From an uncultured delta proteobacterium (lineage in GTDB: Bacteria > Desulfobacterota > Binatia > UBA9968): a DNA stretch of 64,000 nucleotides. The DNA lies in assembly GCA_963727625.1 (NCBI GenBank), contig CAVSHR010000012.1, positions 192,001-256,000 of the forward strand. Reading direction: 5' to 3'. Below are positions 20,312-30,284 of this stretch, one piece after another; the first letter of the stretch is position 1; each line of letters opens with the position of its first letter. Below the pieces are notes generated by a model that was not told the DNA's origin, ran no database searches, and worked only from the letters and a program-made list of their open reading frames with translations. A program made the position numbers and the translations under genes.

Positions 20312-21343
20312 TCAGGATACACGGGCGGCATGGAGCCGTCGGTGCTGTCGGTAGATCATGAATCCGAGTCCGGCAAGAGCAGCCAAAGCTAAGATCAGGA
20401 TGCTCAGGCTGCTGAGAAAGTCGGCTGAGGCCTCGAGGACAACAGCGAAACCGTAACCGAGTCCGAGGTAAGCCAGCGTCCAGATCAGGCGGCCCACAAT
20501 AGCGAAAGGCAGAAAAGCGCGAAACGGATAGCGGCCTACGCCAGCAAACAAGTTCACCGCCGAACTCAAAAAAGAAACAAGAGAGCGACTGAGGAGCACG
20601 CATAGCACGCCCCATTGCTTAAAGAGCAACTCGACCCGAGCCCGGCGCACAGTAGTGAAGCCGAGCCAGCGTCCTCGCCGCTCCAAGAACTCGCGACCGA
20701 GCAGCCGTCCGAGGCCATAGCCGACAATATCGCCCAGCACAGAGCAAGTCACTGCGATCGTACCGGACCAAAACCAGCTCATCTGTCCCTGTGCGATCAA
20801 TGACCCGGCAACGACCACCGACAACGCGGACGGGAAAGGCGCACCCATAGTACCGAGTAGAAGCGTCATCCCGAGAACCGGGTAGCCGTAGACCAGCAGC
20901 GCGGCAAGGATCTCGTCACCGAATCCGCCCGGCTCGCTGACCGTTTCCTTCCCGCCTTGGGGTGATGAGGTGGAGCGCAACTCCGAGATCGCTTTCTGGA
21001 CCTGCTGGATGTACTGAAACGGTGACAAGCCTTGCTTCTGGGCGAGAGATATCAAGGTCGTTGTGGGATCTGTGTCCGGCGCCAGTCCGAGACGCTCGAC
21101 CAATGCCGTGCCAGGCACGTGATAAGCGCGTGCAACGTAGTCAAGCGTCATCCAGGGTCGGACGCTGCTGACGTCAGGCGCGCCCAATTCATATGCCGAA
21201 CGCAACAGCAAGAAAGAACGACAAGTTCGGAGCCCAAAAATGACGACCGCGAAAGCGGTGAGCGCAAAAAGGACGAGTAATATCCAGCTCTGCCAATGAA
21301 AGTGGCTTCTGATCACAGTGTTCCCACCCGTAGCTTCTCCCAA
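20312..21343 (-). CDS. DedA/VTT family membrane protein with N-terminal soluble extension
   Basis: GAPFP, LGDIVGYGLGR, LLSRSL..AVNLFAG; N-terminal PWMTLDYVARAY domain; exact start uncertain. Confidence 0.82.
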   Translation of the reverse strand: MGEATGGNTVIRSHFHWQSWILLVLFALTAFAVVIFGLRTCRSFLLLRSAYELGAPDVSSVRPWMTLDYVARAYHVPGTALVERLGLAPDTDPTTTLISLAQKQGLSPFQYIQQVQKAISELRSTSSPQGGKETVSEPGGFGDEILAALLVYGYPVLGMTLLLGTMGAPFPSALSVVVAGSLIAQGQMSWFWSGTIAVTCSVLGDIVGYGLGRLLGREFLERRGRWLGFTTVRRARVELLFKQWGVLCVLLSRSLVSFLSSAVNLFAGVGRYPFRAFLPFAIVGRLIWTLAYLGLGYGFAVVLEASADFLSSLSILILALAALAGLGFMIYRQHRRLHAARVS

Positions 21344-21361
21344 TGTCAGAATGCTAATGCC

Positions 21362-21934
21362 CTAACGGCTCTTCCGCTCATCGCTTTCACGCTCGGGCGG
21401 GCTTTCGACTTGGTGCGGCTTCGCGAAGAGACGCGAGACAAGCCCCATCATGCCATGCATCGGATACATAGGCGCAGCGGATTCCGATTGTGCCTTCCCT
21501 CCGCGCACCAGTCTGACCAGGCCGGCGACCAGCAACACACCGAGGAAAACCAGCATCGGCCAGGGGATGCGCGCGACCACCGACGTCCACGGCGATGGTG
21601 CTCTGACGTTAATCGCCACATGCTGTTTACGCAACTCCGGTATCAGCGCAGGGTCACCGAAGTCTGGTACTCGGGTGCTGAAGGTATCGGGTTGTGTACT
21701 GTCCGCAGACTTCTCGAAGCGTCCTTGGATCTCGGTTCCTTGGAACGTGACGCTTGCGACCTTGCCGGCTTCGAGCTGATCGAGAAACGTACTGTACGGC
21801 ACCGGGACCGCTTTGCCGGCTGTTTCAATTTGAGTCCCGACAACGATGAGGAGCAACACCACCGCTATGCCGATGAACCATACTGGCGGTCGCTTCCACC
21901 ATGGCCGGTCATATTGTTCCATCGCGTGTGCCAT
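21362..21934 (-). CDS. Stand-alone FtsH N-terminal (TM-periplasmic-TM) domain protein
   Basis: VPYSTFLDQLEAGKVASVTF, FSTRVP..LIPEL, second TM helix; no AAA or protease domain. Confidence 0.75.
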   Translation of the reverse strand: MAHAMEQYDRPWWKRPPVWFIGIAVVLLLIVVGTQIETAGKAVPVPYSTFLDQLEAGKVASVTFQGTEIQGRFEKSADSTQPDTFSTRVPDFGDPALIPELRKQHVAINVRAPSPWTSVVARIPWPMLVFLGVLLVAGLVRLVRGGKAQSESAAPMYPMHGMMGLVSRLFAKPHQVESPPERESDERKSR

Positions 21935-22004
21935 ATCACTCTCCTTCTGAAAGGGGCATCAGGCTACCCCATGGATCTGCGGGCTCGTTGGTCGCCTTGG
22001 ATTT

Positions 22005-22019
22005 ACAACTTTCGTGCCT
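22005..22019 (-). promoter_or_regulatory. Degenerate sigma54 promoter
   Basis: AGGCAC-GAAAG-TTGT; the -12 element reads GT instead of GC. Confidence 0.45.
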
Positions 22020-22204
22020 GGCATCCCCAATGCGCTTCCGTCTCGATTTCACCGAACGGATCATGCGCCTCGCCTAGTTTTCAATCCCGAGGTATCCGGC
22101 GTCTTGATCCGTAGACGAACAGGCGAATCCAAATGGTGCGGCACGTGGAAACATGGCCAGCTAAACGACTATCAAATGGATTAACCAGACATTTAGACCA
22201 ACCA

Positions 22205-22283
22205 CTAATAGCAAAAACACCGAAACCACGGTCCCCACCAAAACTATCCAGATGATCTCGATTTTAAAAAGCAAGGCGACAAA
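22205..22283 (-). pseudogene. Remnant of a chromate transporter 3' end
   Basis: Reads FVALLFKIEIIWIVLVGTVVSVF; clearly similar at DNA level to about 30295-30362. Confidence 0.7.
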
Positions 22284-22400
22284 ATACGCTTTGTCGTTCT
22301 GGCGAACCCTCACACTGTGATTCTCATTACACGACCTCTTTTGCTTATGCAGAAGGCGCTTTGGTCGAGCGCACCGGCCATACGGCTGTGATCGTAATCA

Positions 22401-23497
22401 TCACGGCACGAGCCCCGCTGCCTTGAGTGCTTGGTATGTCGCGTAGCCGCCGGACAGATTTTGCGCTCGATAACCGTGCTGGGTCAAAAAACGCGTGGCG
22501 AAGTAGGCGCGCTGTCCGACCGCGCAGCACACCCAGATGTTACGATCCTTTGGCAGCTCGGCGTAACGGGAGCGCAGTTGGGAGAGCGGCAGGTTGATCG
22601 CCTTGGGTATGTGCCCGCGGCTAAACTCGTCCCCTTCGCGCACGTCGAGCAATAATGCGTCGGTGCGGTCAAGCTCCAGCCAATCTGCCACGGGCATGTC
22701 GCCATTCAGAACGTTCTCGGCAAGCATGCCGGCGAGGTTGACCGGGTCCTTGGCGGCGCCAAACTGCGGCGAGTAGCATAGCTCGGCCTCAGCCAGATCG
22801 TGCACCGTGCCGTGGAATGGAATTGCACGCCCTTGGCGCCGAAATGTTCCATGAGCGGTACCGCCATCTCCGCATCGAGCGGAGGCATGACCTGCGGCAG
22901 CTTTTCTAAAATTGCTACCGACAGCTCGCGATGAATCAGGTTCTCGACCATTTCCAAGCCGATGAATCCGCCGCCGACCACAACCGCCGTCTTGGCGCTA
23001 TGATCCGTAATCCACGCACGGATGCGGCGCGTGTCGGGGATCGTCCGTACCGCGAAGACGCCGGGCAGGTCCACGCCGGGGAGCGCCGGCCGGATCGGCG
23101 CGGCGCCTGGGGATAGGACCAGCACATCGTAGTGTTCGAGCCGAGTATCGCCAATGCGCATGTCACGGACAGTGATGGTGCAAGCGTCGCGGTCGATGCT
23201 CGTGGCTTCAGTGTCGGTGTGCACGTCAATATTGAATCGCTCATGAAACATCTCTCGCGACGCCACCAGCAGCCTGCGCTCGTCAGAAATGACGTTGCCG
23301 ATGTAGTACGGCAGCCCGCAGTTCGCGAACGAGACATAGGGACCGCGATCGATCAAGACGATCTCGACGGACTCGTCGAGCCGCCTCAGTCGCGCCGCGC
23401 AGGAAGCGCCGCCCGCTACACCTCCGACAATGAGCACACGACGCGGCGTCTCGGGGTTACGCGAAGCGGTGGACTGCGGGTCAGTTTGGTGGGACAT
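22401..23497 (-). pseudogene. CoA-disulfide reductase-rhodanese protein with large internal deletion
   Basis: GGVAGG, SFANCGLPY, GGGFIGLE, then an out-of-frame jump near 22815 to TVHDLAEAELCYSPQF and a rhodanese domain (GHIP, CAVGQR). Confidence 0.85.
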
Positions 23498-23585
23498 GCG
23501 GCCTCCGATTAAAGACCTTGTGAGTTTAGTAACCCTTTGTCGCGACACGGGGTCAACGCTTGATAGCTATCACGGACACTCTTCG

Positions 23586-24278
23586 TCATGGCTTCTTGGT
23601 TATTGCAACCGGCCCTCTGCCCCGCTCCGGCATGAGCGTCGATAGGGCGCGGATCACCCGGTCGGAAACCTCGCCGGGAATTCCGGTTCCGTCGATTCGG
23701 AGATGGCAAGGACGATGATCGGACATCTCCGCGTAATGCCTGCGCAACGATAGGGCATGGGTCTGGTACAACGCCAACCGTCGCCGGACCATGTCCTCGC
23801 GGTCATCTTCGCGTTGAAGAAGCGGCTCGCCGGTCACATCGTCTCGTTCATCGTTTTTTGGCGGGTCAAAGATCAGATGATAAGTGCGTCCGAAGCGTTC
23901 ATGGATCCGTCGCCCCGTCAATCGGCGAAGCACCTCGGTTTCTTCCAGGATTAGCTCCACAACGGCATCAATATGGATGCCCGCTCCGACCAATGCTGTC
24001 GCCTGCGGGACGGTGCGCGGAAAGCCATCGAGGACGAAGCCGGTCGCGCAATCGGGTTGCCCGAGCCGGTTGATCAGGAGCTTGCTGACCATCTCATCCG
24101 GTACCAGCGCTCCTTTCGTCATGCTCTCTTTGATCATACGGCCATCGGGCGAATCACCCTGCGCTGCGGCGGCAAGCAGCGCGCTCGCCGTAATGCGCGG
24201 AATTTTCAGTCGCTCAGCGAGCAAAGCGGCCTGCGTGCTCTTGCCTGATCCTGGCGGGCCCATTAGGAGAATCGTCAT
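23586..24278 (-). CDS. adk: Adenylate kinase family protein (divergent)
   Basis: GPPGSGKSTQ, GALVPD, GFVLDGFPRT, LID RRIH..GRTYH, QREDD. Confidence 0.85.
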   Translation of the reverse strand: MTILLMGPPGSGKSTQAALLAERLKIPRITASALLAAAAQGDSPDGRMIKESMTKGALVPDEMVSKLLINRLGQPDCATGFVLDGFPRTVPQATALVGAGIHIDAVVELILEETEVLRRLTGRRIHERFGRTYHLIFDPPKNDERDDVTGEPLLQREDDREDMVRRRLALYQTHALSLRRHYAEMSDHRPCHLRIDGTGIPGEVSDRVIRALSTLMPERGRGPVAITKKP

Positions 24279-24292
24279 AGCTGCTCGTTCCG

Positions 24293-24697
24293 CTAGTTAG
24301 AAAACACGCTCGCCGGCTTCGGCGCACGCTTCAGAGGAGTTGGCACCGCTGGGGAGCAACAGAGTTTAATCAGACGGCTTCGGTCTGACTGGATCTTCGG
24401 GTCAGCCGCAAGCCATCCGCGCACAGCAGCTAAAACACCGACTGCATGAGCGTCCGATGGTAGCGCCAGACGGTAGTGCATCCACTTACCCTCACGCCGG
24501 GCGACGACAATTCCAGCTCGACGTAAGTAAGCAAGGTGGCGGGAGATTTTTGGTTGGCTTAGCTTCAACGCCTCAACCAGGAAGCAAACGCACACTTCAT
24601 CTTCGCCCATAAGGTTCAATAGCCGGAGCCGGGTATGGTCGGCGAGAGCACGGAAAAGCAGTTGTAGATCGTAGGTTTTGACGGACTTAGTCTTCAT
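24293..24697 (-). CDS. arsR: ArsR/SmtB family repressor
   Basis: FRALADHTRLRLL, EVCVC, SQPKISRHLAYLR, C-terminal CC. Confidence 0.9.
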   Translation of the reverse strand: MKTKSVKTYDLQLLFRALADHTRLRLLNLMGEDEVCVCFLVEALKLSQPKISRHLAYLRRAGIVVARREGKWMHYRLALPSDAHAVGVLAAVRGWLAADPKIQSDRSRLIKLCCSPAVPTPLKRAPKPASVFSN

Positions 24698-24731
24698 GAA
24701 TTTTCACCATAGCATAGTTTTCACATCTATC

Positions 24732-24773
24732 TTGACATATACGTTAGAAAGATATATTCGCCTGAGCAGATAT
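24732..24773 (+). promoter_or_regulatory. sigma70-type promoter with putative ArsR operator
   Basis: TTGACA at 24732; imperfect palindrome ATATTCGC-CTGA-GCAGATAT over the -10 region, between divergent arsR and arsC. Confidence 0.55.
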
Positions 24774-24788
24774 GAATGGAGGCCGCAC

Positions 24789-25265
24789 ATGGCTACTGAA
24801 CTAAAGCCGAAAAAAATATTGTTTCTTTGCACCGGAAATTCGGCCCGCAGCATCTTTGCCGAGTTTTTCATGAGCAAGATCGGCCGCGGCCGTTTTGAAG
24901 CCTATAGCGCCGGCAGCCAGCCGGCGGGAACCGTCAATCCTTTTACGATCCGCGTGTTGCAAGAAGAATACAACTTAGATGCGCGGGGAGCGCGCGCCAA
25001 GTCGTGGGATGAATTCAAAGACATGCGCTTCGATATCGTCATCACGGTTTGTGATCGAGCCAAGGAAGCCTGTCCGGTGTTTCCTGGTCAGCCGTTCGTG
25101 ACCCACTGGAGTATCCCCGATCCAGCTCTGGCGACCGGAAATGACGAGCAAAAACTTCGCCGGTTCAAGGACGTTGCGCTGCAAATTAAACGACGTATAG
25201 AGCTGCTTTGCGCTGTTCCTACGGAAAAGTTGGGCCACTTCCCGCCCCAACCGACAAGCTCCTAA
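24789..25265 (+). CDS. arsC: Arsenate reductase, LMW-PTP type
   Basis: ILFLCTGNSARS, ITVCD..EACPVFPG, HWSIPDP; GGAGG before ATG 24789. Confidence 0.9.
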   Translation: MATELKPKKILFLCTGNSARSIFAEFFMSKIGRGRFEAYSAGSQPAGTVNPFTIRVLQEEYNLDARGARAKSWDEFKDMRFDIVITVCDRAKEACPVFPGQPFVTHWSIPDPALATGNDEQKLRRFKDVALQIKRRIELLCAVPTEKLGHFPPQPTSS

Positions 25266-25459
25266 TGCAATGCATCGCTCCGATTCCGCCGCATCGGGTC
25301 GCCGAAACATCAACATCGGCTCGCGATTCGATGCGGATAGTTCGCAAGAACACAAAACTTTTCGTCCATCGTTCGCAAATGCGAGAAAACCCGTTCATTC
25401 GCCGCGGAAAAATTCCGCATATCTGGGCCGGATACAGGCATGGTCGCCCAAAAGCCTTG

Positions 25460-25474
25460 AGGCATACTTCTTGC
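25460..25474 (+). promoter_or_regulatory. sigma54 promoter with upstream palindrome
   Basis: AGGCAT-ACTTC-TTGC; GCGGAA-AAA-TTCCGC palindrome at 25404-25418. Confidence 0.65.
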
Positions 25475-25535
25475 GCCCTGCTTCGAATAACTGCAAGTAA
25501 TCAAGACCAGGTTCGATTTACTTGAGGAGGCGACG

Positions 25536-25880
25536 ATGAAAAAAGTAGTAATCCACATTTTCCACGACGACAAAAGCTCGCTTGGCACCGGTTCCCACGT
25601 TTCCGAGCGTATCCGGCAGGTAAAAGAACAGCATGGCGTGGAGCTGGAAGTGTACGTGTTCGGTCCGGCCGAGAGAGCCCTGGACGATCCCGCGCACATG
25701 GAATATCGCCAGACTCTGGTGAGTCTCGCCAAAGCCGGGGTGCCCATCCACATTTGCCGTGACATCGCCGAGTCCATGGGCAAGGCGCAGGAGTTCACGA
25801 CTCTTGGCTTTACGCTTGAATACGCCCGTGATGCCTTTGTGCGCTACGCGATCGAGGGGGCGACGGTGGTCAGTTTTTAA
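25536..25880 (+). CDS. DsrE-like protein
   Basis: LEVYVFGPAE, GVPIHICRDIA, GATVVSF; strong GAGGAGG RBS. Confidence 0.72.
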   Translation: MKKVVIHIFHDDKSSLGTGSHVSERIRQVKEQHGVELEVYVFGPAERALDDPAHMEYRQTLVSLAKAGVPIHICRDIAESMGKAQEFTTLGFTLEYARDAFVRYAIEGATVVSF

Positions 25881-25957
25881 TTCAATCGGCGGACGCAATT
25901 CACGCATACGGAAAATTCACCTCGGTTCGCCGAACCAGGGATCAGGAGGCATTTGAG

Positions 25958-26641
25958 ATGACCCATGAATATAAACCAGTCGGCGCAAGCGATAACAGCC
26001 CGGATTGGTTCTATCCGGAGTGGGCAGCAGAGGCTCCTAACAATCAGCCCATTGTGGTTAGGGATACCGATAGCGCACTGGGTCGTTATAACCTGCAAAC
26101 GAAAGAGATTGGTTTAAAGGATCTTGCGCGGATTCATGGCCACCTGTGTGACGGGCTGGTGATTGCGTTTGTCGAGATCAAAGCCGTATTGGGCAAAGTG
26201 TTTCCCGATGGTGTGGTCGACCGAACCGATCTCCAGGTTGTTTCAAAAAATGGCCCTTGTTGGTCCGATGCTGCCGCATTTTTAACCGGCGCCAGGATCA
26301 ATTTCAAAACCCTGAGGATTGACGCCTCCATCGCTGGCGGATTCATCATTCAGAGAATTTCAACCGGCGAGGCTTATGCGGTGCACTTAAAGCCCGGTGT
26401 TTTTCCGGATGACCAGGTCGTTCTTGAAAACAGAATTCGGAGCTTACGGGCGCAGGGAAACCCTGTAACGGCGGAGGATATCGATACGGTTGAAAAAATG
26501 GGCGATGCCCTAAGCTTGAAACTCCTTACCGGTCCACCTGTAGAGCTACTCGCGATCACAAGGTTGAACGATTATAAATTCAATTTTACGGATATGTTTG
26601 GCGATCGAGGCGATATTATCAACAAAGATATGCCGAGATAA
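25958..26641 (+). CDS. FmdE-family (formylmethanofuran dehydrogenase subunit E-like) metal-binding protein
   Basis: HGHLCDGL and PCWSDA..LTG motifs. Confidence 0.78.
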   Translation: MTHEYKPVGASDNSPDWFYPEWAAEAPNNQPIVVRDTDSALGRYNLQTKEIGLKDLARIHGHLCDGLVIAFVEIKAVLGKVFPDGVVDRTDLQVVSKNGPCWSDAAAFLTGARINFKTLRIDASIAGGFIIQRISTGEAYAVHLKPGVFPDDQVVLENRIRSLRAQGNPVTAEDIDTVEKMGDALSLKLLTGPPVELLAITRLNDYKFNFTDMFGDRGDIINKDMPR

Positions 26642-26728
26642 GCCGAATGTGCTTTCATCAAGGAAGCGCTGTACTCGAATCCGCGAAAAAACGGAAAAAT
26701 TCGCGGACCGGCAAAAAGGAGCAGGACG

Positions 26729-27841
26729 ATGGCTGAAGAACGCATCACTAAAAAACTTTCCTTCCTCGATCGCTATCTGACATTATGGATCTTTCTTGGA
26801 ATGTTTGTCGGCGTGGGATGGGGATATTTTTTTCCTGGTATAGTCGGATTCTGGGATCAGTTTCAATCGGGGACGACCAACGTCCCCATTGCCGTCGGGC
26901 TGATCCTGATGATGTATCCACCCCTGGCCAAGGTGAAATACGAAGAACTCGGCGAGGTATTCCGAAACTACAAAGTGCTCGGGCTCTCCTTGGTGCAGAA
27001 CTGGATTGTCGGCCCCATTCTCATGTTCATTTTAGCCGTCGTTTTTCTGCGGGGATATCCCGAATATATGGTGGGCCTGATCATGATTGGGTTGGCTCGC
27101 TGTATCGCCATGGTCATCGTCTGGAATGACTTGGCCAAGGGCGACACCGAATACTGCGCCGGCTTGGTGGCTTTCAACTCGATCTTTCAAGTCCTGTTCT
27201 TTTCTCTCTACGCGTTCATTTTTATCACGGTCCTACCACCGCTCCTTGGACTCACGGGGGTGGTGGTGAACATCACGATTGGTCAAATTGCCGAGAGTGT
27301 TTTTATCTATTTGGGAATTCCCTTCATCGCCGGGGTCATCACCCGATTTACTCTAATCAAGTTGAAAGACAAGCAGTGGTACCATGAAAAATTCATTCCC
27401 AAGATCAGTCCGATTACACTGATCGCACTGCTCTTCACCATCGTCGTGATGTTCTCGCTCAAGGGTGAATTCATCGTGAAGATTCCACTGGACGTTGTGC
27501 GCATTGCCATTCCCTTGCTCATTTACTTCGTGATCATGTTTCTGCTGTCGTTTTATATGAGCAAAAAAGTGGGAGCCAATTATGCTCAGAGCGCCACTCT
27601 TTCATTCACCGCTGCATCCAACAATTTCGAGCTCGCCATCGCCGTGACTGTGGCCGTCTTCGGGATCAACTCCGGCCAGGCTTTTGCGGCTGTAATCGGA
27701 CCGTTAGTAGAAGTCCCGGTACTCATCATTCTTGTCAATGTCGCCTTGAAGTTTCGTCAGAGGTACTTTGGCGCAATAGGGGAACCCATGACGAGTAGGA
27801 GACTAAGCCCGGTACAAAAAGCCTCGGGCGCTCGCAAATAG
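26729..27841 (+). CDS. acr3: Arsenite efflux transporter ACR3
   Basis: [50 protein letters not shown]. Confidence 0.95.
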   Translation: MAEERITKKLSFLDRYLTLWIFLGMFVGVGWGYFFPGIVGFWDQFQSGTTNVPIAVGLILMMYPPLAKVKYEELGEVFRNYKVLGLSLVQNWIVGPILMFILAVVFLRGYPEYMVGLIMIGLARCIAMVIVWNDLAKGDTEYCAGLVAFNSIFQVLFFSLYAFIFITVLPPLLGLTGVVVNITIGQIAESVFIYLGIPFIAGVITRFTLIKLKDKQWYHEKFIPKISPITLIALLFTIVVMFSLKGEFIVKIPLDVVRIAIPLLIYFVIMFLLSFYMSKKVGANYAQSATLSFTAASNNFELAIAVTVAVFGINSGQAFAAVIGPLVEVPVLIILVNVALKFRQRYFGAIGEPMTSRRLSPVQKASGARK

Positions 27842-27923
27842 CGGGAAGCAAAGGCTCATCCTTGTTATCCGAGCAGTTGCTCTACTCCGTGCGCGAGGAC
27901 AGCATCGAGTTGGACCAGCGGCT

Positions 27924-29261
27924 ATGAAAACGATATCGGACGTGGCAGTCGGATTTGATCCGCGTTCCGCCGAGAGCCTAAATCGCGGCTGTGTCTGTCG
28001 TCCGCTTGACCCCGAGCGCCTGTGCCGAGAGCTGGAAGCGGAACCCTCCCTCGCCGGCCTGTGCAAGGACATTGCGCGAACGCGGCCGCATCTGTTCTCC
28101 GCTACGGCCGTCTTTATTTCTCGCGAGCAGTTCAACCGTATCGCGGTCATGATAGCCGCAGTGGAGAGTGTAGTCGGCTTGCCCGGTTACCGGGAATCGG
28201 CGCTCGCCAGGGCGCCGCGCATCGCTCAGCTTGACCCGGGACCGCGCGGTGTCTTCCTGGGCTACGATTTTCACCTGACATCCCACGGCCCGCAGCTTAT
28301 CGAGATCAACACCAACGCTGGTGGGGCGCTGGTCAACGCGGTACTGGCCCGTTCCCAAAAAGCCTGCTGTCGCGAAATGGTCAGCGAGTTCGAACCGACG
28401 GCCGATCTCAACAACTTGGAACAGACCTTCTTTGCGATGTTCGCCGCAGAGTGGCGCCGCCAGCGCGGCGAAGCTCTCCTGGGCCTCGTGGCTATCGTTG
28501 ACGACGGTCCCGCCGGTCAATACTTATATCCGGAAATGCGGCTTTTCGAGCGCATGTTCGCGCGCTTCGGAGCGGAGGCGGTGATCGCGGACGCGAGAGA
28601 GCTGATCTGGCGCGATGGGCGCTTGTGCCATGGCGCATTGCCCGTGGAGATGGTCTATAACCGACTGACGGATTTCTACCTGGAAGAGCCCGCTCACGCG
28701 GCGCTGCGAAGCGCGTACGAGGCTCAGGCAGTGGTGCTGACACCGCATCCCCGCGCTCATGCCCTATACGCCGACAAGCGCAATCTCATCACTTTGAGTC
28801 ATGACGATACTCTCGCGGCGTTGGGTGTATCGGCAGAAACGCGCGCCATTCTTGTGGCGAGTGTACCTCGCACCGTGTCCGTAACTCCAGAGCAATCGGA
28901 CGCATTGTGGGCCGAGCGCCGCAAGCTCTTCTTCAAGCCTGCCGCGGGTTACGGCAGCAAAGCCGCTTACCGCGGCGACAAACTTACGCGCCGGGTGTGG
29001 AACGCAATTGCCCGCGGCGAGTACGTGGCCCAGGCGCTAGTGACGCCGAGCGAACGCCACGTAGAGGTAGATAGCGCCGAAACAGATCTCAAGCTCGATG
29101 TCCGCGCCTACGTCTACGACGGCGTGATCCAGTTGGTCGCAGCGCGTCTTTACGAGGGCCAGACCACCAATTTCCGAACTCCCGGCGGAGGTTTTGCGCC
29201 AGTCTTTGTCGTAGATGCAGAAAAGAGTAAATTTTTCGATTCGGGTCAGATATGCGCATGA
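27924..29261 (+). CDS. ATP-grasp-like (glutathione synthetase/circularly permuted type) ligase of unknown function
   Basis: GYDFH, LIEINTNAGG, VYNRLTD, FFKP..GYGSK, YVAQ, DVRAY, NFRTPGGGFAPV. Confidence 0.7.
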   Translation: MKTISDVAVGFDPRSAESLNRGCVCRPLDPERLCRELEAEPSLAGLCKDIARTRPHLFSATAVFISREQFNRIAVMIAAVESVVGLPGYRESALARAPRIAQLDPGPRGVFLGYDFHLTSHGPQLIEINTNAGGALVNAVLARSQKACCREMVSEFEPTADLNNLEQTFFAMFAAEWRRQRGEALLGLVAIVDDGPAGQYLYPEMRLFERMFARFGAEAVIADARELIWRDGRLCHGALPVEMVYNRLTDFYLEEPAHAALRSAYEAQAVVLTPHPRAHALYADKRNLITLSHDDTLAALGVSAETRAILVASVPRTVSVTPEQSDALWAERRKLFFKPAAGYGSKAAYRGDKLTRRVWNAIARGEYVAQALVTPSERHVEVDSAETDLKLDVRAYVYDGVIQLVAARLYEGQTTNFRTPGGGFAPVFVVDAEKSKFFDSGQICA

Positions 29262-29346
29262 ACATCACATCTCGCACGATTGGGGGCGCTCTACACTGGC
29301 TAGAGTCTGGGGTACCGAGATAACGTAAGGTGCTACCCGAGATCAG

Positions 29347-30219
29347 ATGCTAATGCCCTCCAACACCCGCAAGCTCATACTCGCCACCGTGTTGACACTT
29401 GGTTTTGCCGGTGTCGAAGCGGCGACGGGTTGGTGGTCCGGCTCTCTCGCGCTTATGAGCGACGCCGGCCACATGGTTACGGACGCGGCAGCATTGGTAA
29501 TCGCGGCGCTCGCCGGATGGGTCGCTCGGCGTGGGCCGTCTCCACGGCACTCCTACGGCTTCGGCCGCGCGCAGCTGGTCGCGGCGCTGGTCAACGGGCT
29601 ATTCATGCTTGCGGTAGTAACGGCCATCATCGTCCAGGCCGTGACACGGTTCGCTAATCCAATCGCTGTACGGGGCGAGGCGGTCACTGTGGTGGCATTG
29701 CTCGGCCTGCTGCTCAACATCTTGGTGGCTCGGATGCTCACGCATGGAGGTCGCGACATCAATGTGCGGGCTGCATTGCTGCATGTGCTCGGTGACCTCC
29801 TCGGTTCTGTGGCGGCACTACTTTCGGGAGTCATCGTCTGGGCGACGGGCTGGTACTCCGTCGACCCGGCGCTCTCCCTTCTCATCGCCATGCTCATCGC
29901 CTATTCCAGCCTGAAACTCGTGCGTGAAGCGTTCCATGGGCTGATGGAGGGCGTGCCGCTGCATCTGTCACTGGAAGAAATCGGCGTCACCATGGCCAAG
30001 GTGGAAGGAGTGATCTCTGTTCACGATCTGCACATCTGGTCTCTCACGGCCGAACGCATCGCGCTGTCCGCACATGTCGTGATCGGAGGGCTGGAAAGCT
30101 GGCCGGAAACTCTCACCCGATTGCAAGCCCTGCTCGCGCAACGCTACGGCATCCAACATCCGACTCTCCAACCAGAAATCATCGGACAACCACCACCCGT
30201 TACCGGCGTAACACCATAG
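29347..30219 (+). CDS. Cation diffusion facilitator (CzcD/ZitB-like)
   Basis: SLALMSDAGHMVTD, NVRAALLHVLGD, HDLHIW, HPTLQPE. Confidence 0.93.
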   Translation: MLMPSNTRKLILATVLTLGFAGVEAATGWWSGSLALMSDAGHMVTDAAALVIAALAGWVARRGPSPRHSYGFGRAQLVAALVNGLFMLAVVTAIIVQAVTRFANPIAVRGEAVTVVALLGLLLNILVARMLTHGGRDINVRAALLHVLGDLLGSVAALLSGVIVWATGWYSVDPALSLLIAMLIAYSSLKLVREAFHGLMEGVPLHLSLEEIGVTMAKVEGVISVHDLHIWSLTAERIALSAHVVIGGLESWPETLTRLQALLAQRYGIQHPTLQPEIIGQPPPVTGVTP

Positions 30220-30284
30220 ACGCCTCCATGGCGTCCACAAACGTTTAACGTTACGCCCCATTCGCCACCGTGCAAATTCAGCAA

